Shown here one piece after another: positions 15,530-23,168 of a stretch of 24,000 bases of DNA. The notes below the pieces were generated by a model, which saw only the letters and a list, made by a program, of their open reading frames with translations, was not told where the DNA came from and made no database searches. This DNA is from Nitrososphaerota archaeon (GTDB taxonomy: Archaea; Thermoproteota; Nitrososphaeria_A; Caldarchaeales; Wolframiiraptoraceae), in the NCBI GenBank assembly GCA_021159365.1, contig JAGGRY010000036.1, positions 63,861-87,860 of the forward strand, read 5' to 3'. The position numbers and the translations under genes were made by a program. Every line of letters starts with the position of its first letter. Positions within the stretch are counted from its first letter, which is position 1.

Positions 15530-16546
15530 ATGGTTGAGTTGATAAGAGATCACGACTTCCTAGAAACAGCAGATTCATGGATATTCTGCGTCGTCGGAGA
15601 CATTCATCCACCAAATAGATTCTTCTCATACTTGAAGTATGTTCCAGGAACAGGGCCGTGGAGAAGAGAAGGAAAAAGCTTCTCAAGAGTGTTCTCAGAT
15701 TATTCGATGAATGAGTTCAAGAAAATATTAGAATACTTGAAGAAGGTTAAACCGGAATTCGTGGGGTATGACCCGATAATAGGAACTGAGATGTCTTCAG
15801 TTCCAATAGAGTTTGTCAAAAAACACTATAATTGCTTAGAGGGATTGCGTGAACTCATCAAGCGTGGGCCGAGAGATAAGTTGGAGAAACTCACGATTGC
15901 CCTCGTTGAGGAGATATGTGATCACGGGGGTCTCCGTGAAGATGACTTCGGGATAACTGGATCAATCCTCCTCCAAATACATCATGAGAGATCCGACATA
16001 GATCTAATAGTTTATGGGAGGAGAGAGTTTTGGAAGGCGATTGAGATTCTAGGTGAACTTGGCTATCTAGGAGTCAGATCTAGGGAACAAGCTCTGAGAA
16101 GCATGCTTAAACGTTATCCAATAACATTAAGCCACGCCTCAAATCTAGTCGATCGAATAAGGTATAGGGGAGTCTATCGGGGAGTGGAATTCTCAATACA
16201 TGGAGTCAGAAAGAATGAGGAAATTACCGAGGAATACTCTGATAAAATTTACCGAAAGATTGGATTGGCACACGCGATCCTTGAAATCGACGACGCATCT
16301 GATTCATGCTTCAATCCAGCCATTTACAAAGTTCATGGAAGCGCCGAGGTCGGCGGTAAAGAGTATCATGTTGAACAATTAATGTGTTATGATCTCACAT
16401 TTTCGGCAATGTTTGAGAGAGGGGATAGGATTGAGGCTTATGGGAAACTAGAATTTGTAGTGGATAAGATTCGTGACAAAAGATTTTACAGCCTATTAAT
16501 AGGATCTATTGAAGCAGCTGGGAGAGAATATGTCAGGCTAGTCTAG
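15530..16546 (+). CDS. Predicted Pol-beta-superfamily nucleotidyltransferase, tandem paralogue 2
   Basis: 338 aa with GITGSILLQIHHERSDIDLIVYG and a C-terminal beta-rich region (YHVEQLMCYDLTFSAMFERGDRIEAYGKLEFVVDK). It starts 19 nt after paralogue 1. Confidence 0.7.
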   Translation: MVELIRDHDFLETADSWIFCVVGDIHPPNRFFSYLKYVPGTGPWRREGKSFSRVFSDYSMNEFKKILEYLKKVKPEFVGYDPIIGTEMSSVPIEFVKKHYNCLEGLRELIKRGPRDKLEKLTIALVEEICDHGGLREDDFGITGSILLQIHHERSDIDLIVYGRREFWKAIEILGELGYLGVRSREQALRSMLKRYPITLSHASNLVDRIRYRGVYRGVEFSIHGVRKNEEITEEYSDKIYRKIGLAHAILEIDDASDSCFNPAIYKVHGSAEVGGKEYHVEQLMCYDLTFSAMFERGDRIEAYGKLEFVVDKIRDKRFYSLLIGSIEAAGREYVRLV

Positions 16547-18138
16547 GATCTTAAGATTTCCGTCACCACCTTCCTTATCTTTGACTGAATCCATAAGGGG
16601 GTCCATGGGACGAATATTCTGAGAAACCTCTGATCCAATGCATCTTTAACCACGTCTTCTTCTCCAACCTTAAGATATCCTTGAACGACATTTTTAGAGA
16701 ATCTATCAACCTCTCCTGAACTTAAGTAATGGGCAGTGTAGAATAACAATTCGCATAGATCCCAGGATTTCGAGTCTTCAAAAGAGCATTGTTCAAGGTC
16801 TATTAGGTATATTTTGCCATCGCTTCCGAAGATGAATGTGAATGGATTACAGTCCCCTATGCAGATTCCCTTTTCATGGACTTCCGCCAACGTCTTTCCC
16901 ATCCTGTATGAGATATCATCGAATATTCTCGGCTCATCGGCGTTCTTCAACGCTTTTAATCCATCGGCGCCATCTATGAATCTCTGAAAGATTATCTTCT
17001 TAGGCCAATTTATGTGGAGTATTTCAGCGGTGTTGAATCCAAGTTCGGAGAGTTTGTTTATGAAATAGATCTCGTTACTCATTCTAGATGAGGCCAAGAC
17101 CGAGAAGTTCTTCACACCTATAGCCCAAAGCCACGCCGCCACCCACTTAAAATCTGTCCAATTAAGATATTTCTTGACGAAGATCTTCTCTTCATGATCA
17201 TCAATCTTGAACGATGCAAAATAAGTTGAATTAAAGACGCTTCCAACCTTCCTTAACTTGACATCTATGGATCTAACTCCATAAGTCTCTCGAATAAAGT
17301 CCCTTATCCCCCTACTCATCGCTAAAGGTTGAGGTCCAATGGAGGTCTCCATGTAAAGCATCTTGCTCGGATCTGGGATCTTCACGGGGACTAAGACGTC
17401 GAGATCGAATCTAATGTTTCTAATGGCATCTAGTGGAGATGAGAAGCTGGCCGTTAGATAGAGTTTAAAGAAGTGTTCAAGTTCATCCGAAAATCTGTCA
17501 TAGACGGTTTTCCTCGACAAGACTTCATGGACGAATCGATCAGTTGGAGAATATCCTCCATGTCTTTCCTCGAGTATGCCTTGATCCACTAGATCCTTTA
17601 TCGCCTTTAGGAATCCATCCAAAACCATGTTGATCTCGCCTCTCGATCCTCTAAACATCTCCTTGACAAATCTCCTAGACGGCGGATAGATTGCTGTGAG
17701 CCTCCTGAGCTTATCATAGAGAAAGTATTCCGGCTTAATTATCAGCCTGGTCGAGGCCAATTTATGCTCTAAAATTACGTTTTGAAGAGATTCGACTATG
17801 ACGTGCCTCTTATACATCTTCTCAAGATCTTCTAAGAGCTTCTCATTGATTATGGGATAATATGGAAATAAGAAGCTATGCGCTATAATTCCCCCGAACT
17901 TTTCATCCGAGGCATCTTTCAAGACACTTTTCTCATCCGCCAGTATCACGAGATCCGCTCCCCTCTTCACGAGTCTGAACTGCTTAATTATGTCCGTTAT
18001 CGCAAGTATGATCGAAGAACCTCTCTCGATCAATGCACCGTGAACGCTGAGGGCCTTAACCGCTTCCACGCTAATCCCGATACGCTTTAGCTCCTCAATT
18101 ACTCTTTCACGCCGTTCATCTCCATCGAGGAATTGCAT
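16543..18138 (-). CDS. Protein with a C-terminal Bud32/RIO-like protein-kinase-fold domain and an uncharacterised ~300-aa N-terminal region
   Basis: 531 aa. The C-terminal part carries a beta3-Lys context KIFVKKY, a catalytic-loop-like HEKGICIGDCNPFTFIF (compare Bud32 H-x-D-L-T-T-S-N-F-I-F) and a DFG-equivalent IYLIDLEQ. I recognise no motif in residues 1-300. Confidence 0.6.
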   Translation of the reverse strand: MQFLDGDERRERVIEELKRIGISVEAVKALSVHGALIERGSSIILAITDIIKQFRLVKRGADLVILADEKSVLKDASDEKFGGIIAHSFLFPYYPIINEKLLEDLEKMYKRHVIVESLQNVILEHKLASTRLIIKPEYFLYDKLRRLTAIYPPSRRFVKEMFRGSRGEINMVLDGFLKAIKDLVDQGILEERHGGYSPTDRFVHEVLSRKTVYDRFSDELEHFFKLYLTASFSSPLDAIRNIRFDLDVLVPVKIPDPSKMLYMETSIGPQPLAMSRGIRDFIRETYGVRSIDVKLRKVGSVFNSTYFASFKIDDHEEKIFVKKYLNWTDFKWVAAWLWAIGVKNFSVLASSRMSNEIYFINKLSELGFNTAEILHINWPKKIIFQRFIDGADGLKALKNADEPRIFDDISYRMGKTLAEVHEKGICIGDCNPFTFIFGSDGKIYLIDLEQCSFEDSKSWDLCELLFYTAHYLSSGEVDRFSKNVVQGYLKVGEEDVVKDALDQRFLRIFVPWTPLWIQSKIRKVVTEILRS

Positions 18139-18237
18139 GACGTGTTATTGATATTAATCCGAGAATAAATATCCAAAATCAGCGTTTCTGAGATAATATT
18201 AAAGCAGGGAGATCCAAGTAGGGGAAATTTTATTGCC

Positions 18238-19596
18238 TTGAGAAGTTTAGAGATTTTGAGGAGAATGGATCCAGGAAAGCTTACAAGATTCATAGTCTCA
18301 AATGCACTGAAGCTTGGAGCAACAGATGTGGTCGCCGAGATCTACGTCGGTAGGGAGAGGAGGATAAAGTTCGCGAACAATGAGGTTGTAGTCTCGGAGG
18401 AGCGGGATGAGAGAACGGCTGAGATATTCGTCGCCATAAGGGAGAAGAGGGCCAGCATCTCGATCGACGATCTATCGATCCAAAGCATTAGAGAAGCGGT
18501 GAAGCAAGCGATCTCCCTAGCAAAGATGAGCGAGCCGGCCGAGACCTATGCCGAGCTTCCAAGAGGGCCATTCAAGTATGATAAGGATCTATTAAGGGCT
18601 GGGAAGGTCTCAGGAGACCCGGAGAAGCTAATAGATCATGTTGAAGCGGCTGTAAACGCGGCTCTAGCCGAAGGAGCTGAAAGAGCTGCTGGAACCCTAA
18701 TCTACTCAAGCGGCAAGACATGGCTCAGAACTAGTGGGAGAGCTTATGGAGTCGCGAATGAGGCCACCATAGAGATCTCGGTTAGAGCTCTCGCTTCTGA
18801 AGACGCCGCGGGCCACTTCGTCTCAATCGCTGCGGATGATAGGGATTTTGATCCAGAAGGAGCTGGAAAGAGAGCTGGAGAGATAGCTAAGATGGCCCTA
18901 AACCCAATTGAAGGCGAACCTGGAGAATATGAGGCCCTCTTAGGGCCGATGATCTTCGCCCACCTAGCCGAGCACGTTGGAGATGCTTCATCGGCTTTCT
19001 ACGTCGATGCTGGGCTATCTTTCTTAAAGGATAAGCTTGGCCAAGAGGTCTCATCAAAGATCTTCAGCCTCGTAGATGATCCTACGATTCCAAAGACCTA
19101 TGGATCAGCGCCCTTCGACGATGAAGGTGTTCCAACCAGGAGAAATGTCATCATTGATAGAGGGGTCTTGAAGACCTATCTACATAACTCGACGACCGCT
19201 AAGAAGTTTGGAGCTGAGACCACCGCCAACGCGGGGCTCATAGTCCCAACACCATTTAATCTAATAGTCGAGGGAGGGGATAAGAGCTTCGAGAAGCTGC
19301 TCTCAAGCATAGATGATGGAATCTATGTGACGAATGACTGGTATCTAAGATATCAAAACTATAGGACCGGAGACTTCTCAACGATTCCGAGAGACGGCTT
19401 ATTCAGGATAAAGAGGGGGAGCATAGAATCCTCGATAAAGGGGCTGAGAATAAGCGACAACATGTTAAGAATACTGAGCGGGATAAGAGAACTTGGAAGA
19501 GAAAGATATTGGATAAGCTGGTGGGAAGTAGAAACCCCGGTCTACGCACCACACGCAATAATAGAAAAAGTAAACTTCACCAAATCAACGATCTAA
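18238..19596 (+). CDS. TldD/PmbA-family protein (peptidase U62 family)
   Basis: 452 aa with the typical PmbA/TldE layout and C-terminal motifs (GIYVTNDWYLRYQNYRTGDFS, ETPVYAPHAII). I saw no HExxxH, so it looks more like PmbA/TldE than TldD. The track start is a TTG; the ATG at 18265 (MDPGKL...) is an alternative. Confidence 0.85.
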   Translation: MRSLEILRRMDPGKLTRFIVSNALKLGATDVVAEIYVGRERRIKFANNEVVVSEERDERTAEIFVAIREKRASISIDDLSIQSIREAVKQAISLAKMSEPAETYAELPRGPFKYDKDLLRAGKVSGDPEKLIDHVEAAVNAALAEGAERAAGTLIYSSGKTWLRTSGRAYGVANEATIEISVRALASEDAAGHFVSIAADDRDFDPEGAGKRAGEIAKMALNPIEGEPGEYEALLGPMIFAHLAEHVGDASSAFYVDAGLSFLKDKLGQEVSSKIFSLVDDPTIPKTYGSAPFDDEGVPTRRNVIIDRGVLKTYLHNSTTAKKFGAETTANAGLIVPTPFNLIVEGGDKSFEKLLSSIDDGIYVTNDWYLRYQNYRTGDFSTIPRDGLFRIKRGSIESSIKGLRISDNMLRILSGIRELGRERYWISWWEVETPVYAPHAIIEKVNFTKSTI

Positions 19597-19600
19597 AAAT

Positions 19601-19610
19601 AAATATAAAA
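19601..19610 (+). promoter_or_regulatory. TATA box (AAATATAAAA) for tRNA-Thr
   Basis: Ends 26 nt upstream of the mature tRNA 5' end at 19637. Confidence 0.5.
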
Positions 19611-19636
19611 CCAGCAAAAGCCCACTAAAGATAAAA

Positions 19637-19713
19637 GCCCCGGTAGCTCAGTCTGGTAGAGCACCGGCTTGGTAAGCCGGTGGTCCCGGGTTCAAAGCCC
19701 GGCCGGGGCTCCA
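19637..19713 (+). tRNA. tRNA-Thr (anticodon GGU), CCA encoded
   Basis: Manual cloverleaf: acceptor GCCCCGG/CCGGGGC; D arm GCTC-AGTCTGGTA-GAGC; anticodon arm CCGGC-TTGGTAA-GCCGG; variable TGGTC; T arm CCGGG-TTCAAAG-CCCGG; discriminator T; then CCA. Confidence 0.93.
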
Positions 19714-19853
19714 CCTAAACCTTAGCTGTCATCTCCAAGTATCTTCTCTCGTAGTATATCGGAACTCACATATTTACATAGATCCTTCGTATAGGATGAC
19801 CCTTGTGTTAAGATATTCTTCGTATAATCTGAGAACCTCCTTTTTCCCTCTCT

Positions 19854-20336
19854 CTACCTAAGTAAGGCTTTCATTAGTCTTCCACTATGATTATGGAATA
19901 ATATGATGCAATAATCCCAGTCGCCGCTAAGATATGCGAACGAGGCCTTGGCGAGAGCCATCTTGAACCTCGATCCGGCTGAATGACCTGCACCAGAATG
20001 ATCCAATTCTATCGCAATTCTCATTGGTTTTAAGATGGCGATATCAGGATAGACCCCCTCAGATCCAAACAGATTATACGGCCTTCTCCACGCTATTGGA
20101 GTACCTTGCCCCTCAACATAGACTGCCTCCTTAAGTCTACCCTCGGGAAATAATTGATTGTAAATTCTTCTCACGACGTCTCCAATAATCTTTCTCGCCA
20201 CCTTATCCCAAGTCTCTCCGCTCTCCTCCACCTTCTTGATTATTTTGTTAAAAACTTGCTCACGTGCTAGGCTAGTTTCCAAAAGATGGATGAACTTCTT
20301 CATCGCCTTCTCATAATGAATTTTTACCATTGTCAA
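19854..20336 (-). CDS. Hypothetical protein; possible PD-(D/E)xK (restriction-endonuclease-like) fold
   Basis: 160-aa ORF with a TATA-like GATATAAG about 22 nt upstream. YPDIAILKPMRIAIELDHSG resembles a PD...(D/E)xK core with the Lys position not conserved. The assignment is weak. Confidence 0.5.
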   Translation of the reverse strand: MTMVKIHYEKAMKKFIHLLETSLAREQVFNKIIKKVEESGETWDKVARKIIGDVVRRIYNQLFPEGRLKEAVYVEGQGTPIAWRRPYNLFGSEGVYPDIAILKPMRIAIELDHSGAGHSAGSRFKMALAKASFAYLSGDWDYCIILFHNHSGRLMKALLR

Positions 20337-20650
20337 TAGATCCCGACCCCACCTTATATCTTAATCTCATAAGCCATACCTTTTCACTACTATCTTCGCA
20401 AGAAGAATCCTATAAAAGAGCTTTAGATAGTAGTCAACGCGAAAAAGACATAAAGGCCGAGAATAGCTCGGGAACACCTAGGCTCCATCTTAAACTTCAA
20501 AGCCCTGTCACGCGATGTGGCTCTCAATCGTATGAAGTAGTCGACGATGGTCTAGACATGTATTTAGAGGGATTTCTGCTGAGTTATAGCTCTATAATTT
20601 TCTCTAGGATTGATGCTTCTCATCCTTTAGGCTCGTCATAGACGTAGGTG

Positions 20651-22255
20651 TTATAGCTTCTTCACTATTACAGGTAATACAGCTTTGGTGAGCTCGCGGG
20701 TGCTTCTAATATCGACTTTAGTGTATACTTTATCCACAATGTTGGGATCTCTCTCTACGCCGCTTATCCAACTTTCTAAGGCATCTATGGCGTGGGATGC
20801 TAGATTGCTGAATATTCTTGAGAGTAGCGGGTTCTTAATTCTTATCACCCTTCTAGCCAATGTCTTGGAGTTGACGGCGCTTAACTTGCAGCCGGCTATC
20901 ATGCAGTCGATCGCCTCTTGCGATAGCTTAGCGATGCATGAACTCGGGAAATTCATTTTCTCCTCTTCTATTATGGTTCCGCCCATGGGTATCAGTAGTA
21001 GTGGGAAGGTCCATCCTACGAATCCTTCACTCTTCAATCTGTCTATCAATTCCGTAGTCGCTATATAGTCGTCTGGCGTGGCGTCGGGGAAGCCGATGAT
21101 ATACGTGAAACACGGATACCAGTATGAGTCATTGAATAATTTTGCAGCCTCAACCACGATGCTGGGCCAATCCTCCGGCTTCCAAGGATACGCCTTTCCT
21201 CTAAAGTACTTAGCGACGATCCTAGGACTGCCGGATTCCAAGCCTACTTGAGGAAACGTCGGCTCAACGTCACTTAACCCCTGGATATCAGTTATGTACT
21301 TGACAACATCTTTCAAAACCAGAGCCGAGGCACAGGACACGTGTGAGAAACCTATTTTGTCGGGAGCCCCCCATCTTCTTGCCAAGTCCACAACCACTTT
21401 AAACAACTTCTTAACGGCGTCGGAGTTTAATTTAAGCCCATGGGCACCATATAACAGCACATCCTCCGTAACAAGTGATATGTTCTCGATACCATTCTTT
21501 AGGTTAAACTCTATCTCCTCTGTAATAATGTCCAGTGGGAAAGACCTAAAATGCCACATAGTTGGATTGCAAAAGTGGCATTTCCTAGGGCATCCGCGGG
21601 TGATCTGAACCAGCCCGTTTCTAGAAGGCGTTATTATCAATGGAATCTTATCCAATGGCGTGGGCTCTCCTTTAACATATCTCGGAACCTCCTCGCCGTT
21701 GAGCAGTTTCTTGACGATTATGGGGAAGGTTAGCTCGGCTTCCCCATCGAATAGCACGTCTATCCCATACTTATACTCATATCCCCTTAACTGCCAATTT
21801 CCCGGCCCGCCTACAATCACCTTAAACCCATACTTCTCCTTTAATGATCTTACAACGTTCATCAGCTTCTCAAACTCAAGTTCGGTGCAACTCTTGCCGC
21901 CACCGGCTAATGCCTTTAAGGTCCAAGTGACCGGCGCTAAACCCTTAGGATCAAGCACGTGTATTGCAACTATCTCCGTATCCCCGTCAATAGCCTTCGC
22001 AACCATGCGTGGGGGAACGATGACAACATCATCCCTACTGAAGCCTGCGGCGATCAGCGACGCCTCCACCTTACATATAGCGTAAGGAGCATACTTGGCC
22101 CTCAAACCCCTAGTAGGAACCTTGGGAGAAAGTATGTGGTATTGCACTAGCTCGGGTACAAGTCTATAAGGCAGGCATAGCCCGAAGCCGAAGAGATCAG
22201 CTCCATGATAATCGGTAAAGACTGCCCTATCAGCTGTTAAGATGATCTTAGCCAT
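20651..22255 (-). CDS. Radical SAM protein with an N-terminal B12-binding-like (Rossmann-type) domain
   Basis: 534 aa. The CxxxCxxC cluster motif sits in ITRGCPRKCHFCNPT. It is preceded by a B12-binding-like domain (EIVAIHVLDP..., FKVIVGGPG) and followed by a long C-terminal extension. Confidence 0.85.
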   Translation of the reverse strand: MAKIILTADRAVFTDYHGADLFGFGLCLPYRLVPELVQYHILSPKVPTRGLRAKYAPYAICKVEASLIAAGFSRDDVVIVPPRMVAKAIDGDTEIVAIHVLDPKGLAPVTWTLKALAGGGKSCTELEFEKLMNVVRSLKEKYGFKVIVGGPGNWQLRGYEYKYGIDVLFDGEAELTFPIIVKKLLNGEEVPRYVKGEPTPLDKIPLIITPSRNGLVQITRGCPRKCHFCNPTMWHFRSFPLDIITEEIEFNLKNGIENISLVTEDVLLYGAHGLKLNSDAVKKLFKVVVDLARRWGAPDKIGFSHVSCASALVLKDVVKYITDIQGLSDVEPTFPQVGLESGSPRIVAKYFRGKAYPWKPEDWPSIVVEAAKLFNDSYWYPCFTYIIGFPDATPDDYIATTELIDRLKSEGFVGWTFPLLLIPMGGTIIEEEKMNFPSSCIAKLSQEAIDCMIAGCKLSAVNSKTLARRVIRIKNPLLSRIFSNLASHAIDALESWISGVERDPNIVDKVYTKVDIRSTRELTKAVLPVIVKKL

Positions 22256-22564
22256 CCATAATTTAACTATCGTAATACTGCACGTTAAACTTTATCCACC
22301 CTAAAAACTGGGAGATGGTATGAGAATGTCTTAAGGGAGAAATATGATTTGTTCTGCTCTATTTTTAGATATCGTCTAACGGCTTCCTCTTAAGACCGCG
22401 TAACGCAATATTTAACCGCTTTGACGAAATGTTTCGAAGTCCTCTAGCGGTTCTCAAGGCTCGTCTAAGGAAGACTTAGGCTGAGGTAGAGTTTATTAGC
22501 GGAGCTTCAGAATGCGTTGGAGAGAAGGAATTGAATTTAATACCTGAAGGATCGATGTTATTAT

Positions 22565-22617
22565 GCCGGTGGTCCTGGATTCAAAGTCAAAACTCGGCCG
22601 GGACTTTTACCTAAAAG
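22565..22617 (+). repeat. Degenerate copy of the tRNA-Thr 3' half plus 3' flank (att-like direct repeat / tRNA fragment)
   Basis: GCCGGTGGTCCtGGaTTCAAAG[TCAAAA]CtCGGCCGGGaCT..ACCTAAA compared with tRNA positions 19674-19722, GCCGGTGGTCCCGGGTTCAAAGCCCGGCCGGGGCTCCACCTAAA. Matches are 20/22, 11/13 and 7/7 in three blocks, with a 6-nt insertion. Homology begins exactly at the 3' strand of the anticodon stem. Confidence 0.8.
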
Positions 22618-22711
22618 AGTCTACTTGTGCTGGAAACGTGTCAGATTTTTGCTCAGAAATCGTCCACCAGTTTAGGAGATGAGCCGCATATGTGTAAGCC
22701 TCACTCCAAGC

Positions 22712-22727
22712 TATGAGGATCCTCATA
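22712..22727. repeat. Perfect 16-bp palindrome TATGAGGATCCTCATA
   Basis: Read directly from the sequence. It lies in the ORF-free stretch about 95 bp beyond the tRNA fragment. Confidence 0.6.
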
Positions 22728-23168
22728 CTGAGCATAGTGGACTCAGCAATGATTCAGTCTCTTTCTCTAGCTGTCTTATGTCTATGATAATAGCGCTCCA
22801 TCACACTTGCTAAGGTCTATTCTATACTTCTACTTCCCAACCCCAATCCATGGAATGACCTCCACCCCAAGATCTGATAAGGTGTCCAAGAGATCTTAGA
22901 GAGGGCGAAGCAGGGGGTGAGCGAGGAGAAATGAGTGTTTAGAACTTTTATTTCTCTTTTTGAGATGAGTATGTTCAGGAACTTGGAAGGTTGATTAGAC
23001 CGTCCTTCATGGCGGGGCTACCTTCTATCTTGAATCGTGGGATGTAAAATCTACTTAAGTAGGATGAGCATATCTTGGATGGACGATGATTTGAGTCCGG
23101 CTTCTGAGCTTATGATGATGCTTGAAAGGGATGAGTCGATTATCTTTTTCACCTTTTAATTCTCATTT

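Larger units (their letters stand above)
19674..22617. mobile_element. Possible remnant of a tRNA-Thr-targeted integrated element, bounded by the tRNA 3' half and its degenerate direct copy
   Basis: Direct repeats at 19674-19722 and 22565-22617 bracket two genes. No integrase is recognisable, so the call rests on repeat geometry alone. Confidence 0.3.

Noticed and set aside
7675-16546. Convergent genes sharing palindromic stop tetranucleotides (TTAA at 7675-7678, CTAG at 16543-16546) and the 11-bp 3' overlap at 13818-13828
   Set aside because: These are real overlaps, but they are a generic consequence of genome compaction and not a specific regulatory device.
18099-18293. 64-aa minus-strand ORF across the kinase-like/PmbA divergent region
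   Set aside because: It overlaps both neighbouring starts and the promoter region, and it has no supporting signals.
20330-20641. 103-aa TTG-initiated plus-strand ORF between the 160-aa gene and the radical SAM gene
   Set aside because: The start overlaps the start of the divergent gene. It has no expression signals and no recognisable motifs. It is possibly non-coding spacer, and I cannot fully exclude a small gene.
20685-22150. Several plus-strand ORFs (127, 104, 60, 141 and 63 aa) across 20685-22150
   Set aside because: All lie antisense within the radical SAM gene. They are Ser/Leu/Thr-rich and have no promoter-like element.
19714-23168. Search for an integrase (tyrosine or SSV-type split int) flanking the tRNA-Thr repeats
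   Set aside because: No ORF or frame shows R...HxxR...Y-type motifs. The short frames crossing the att-like copy (19 aa on plus, 39 aa on minus) are unrecognisable. For that reason the mobile-element call stays at low confidence.
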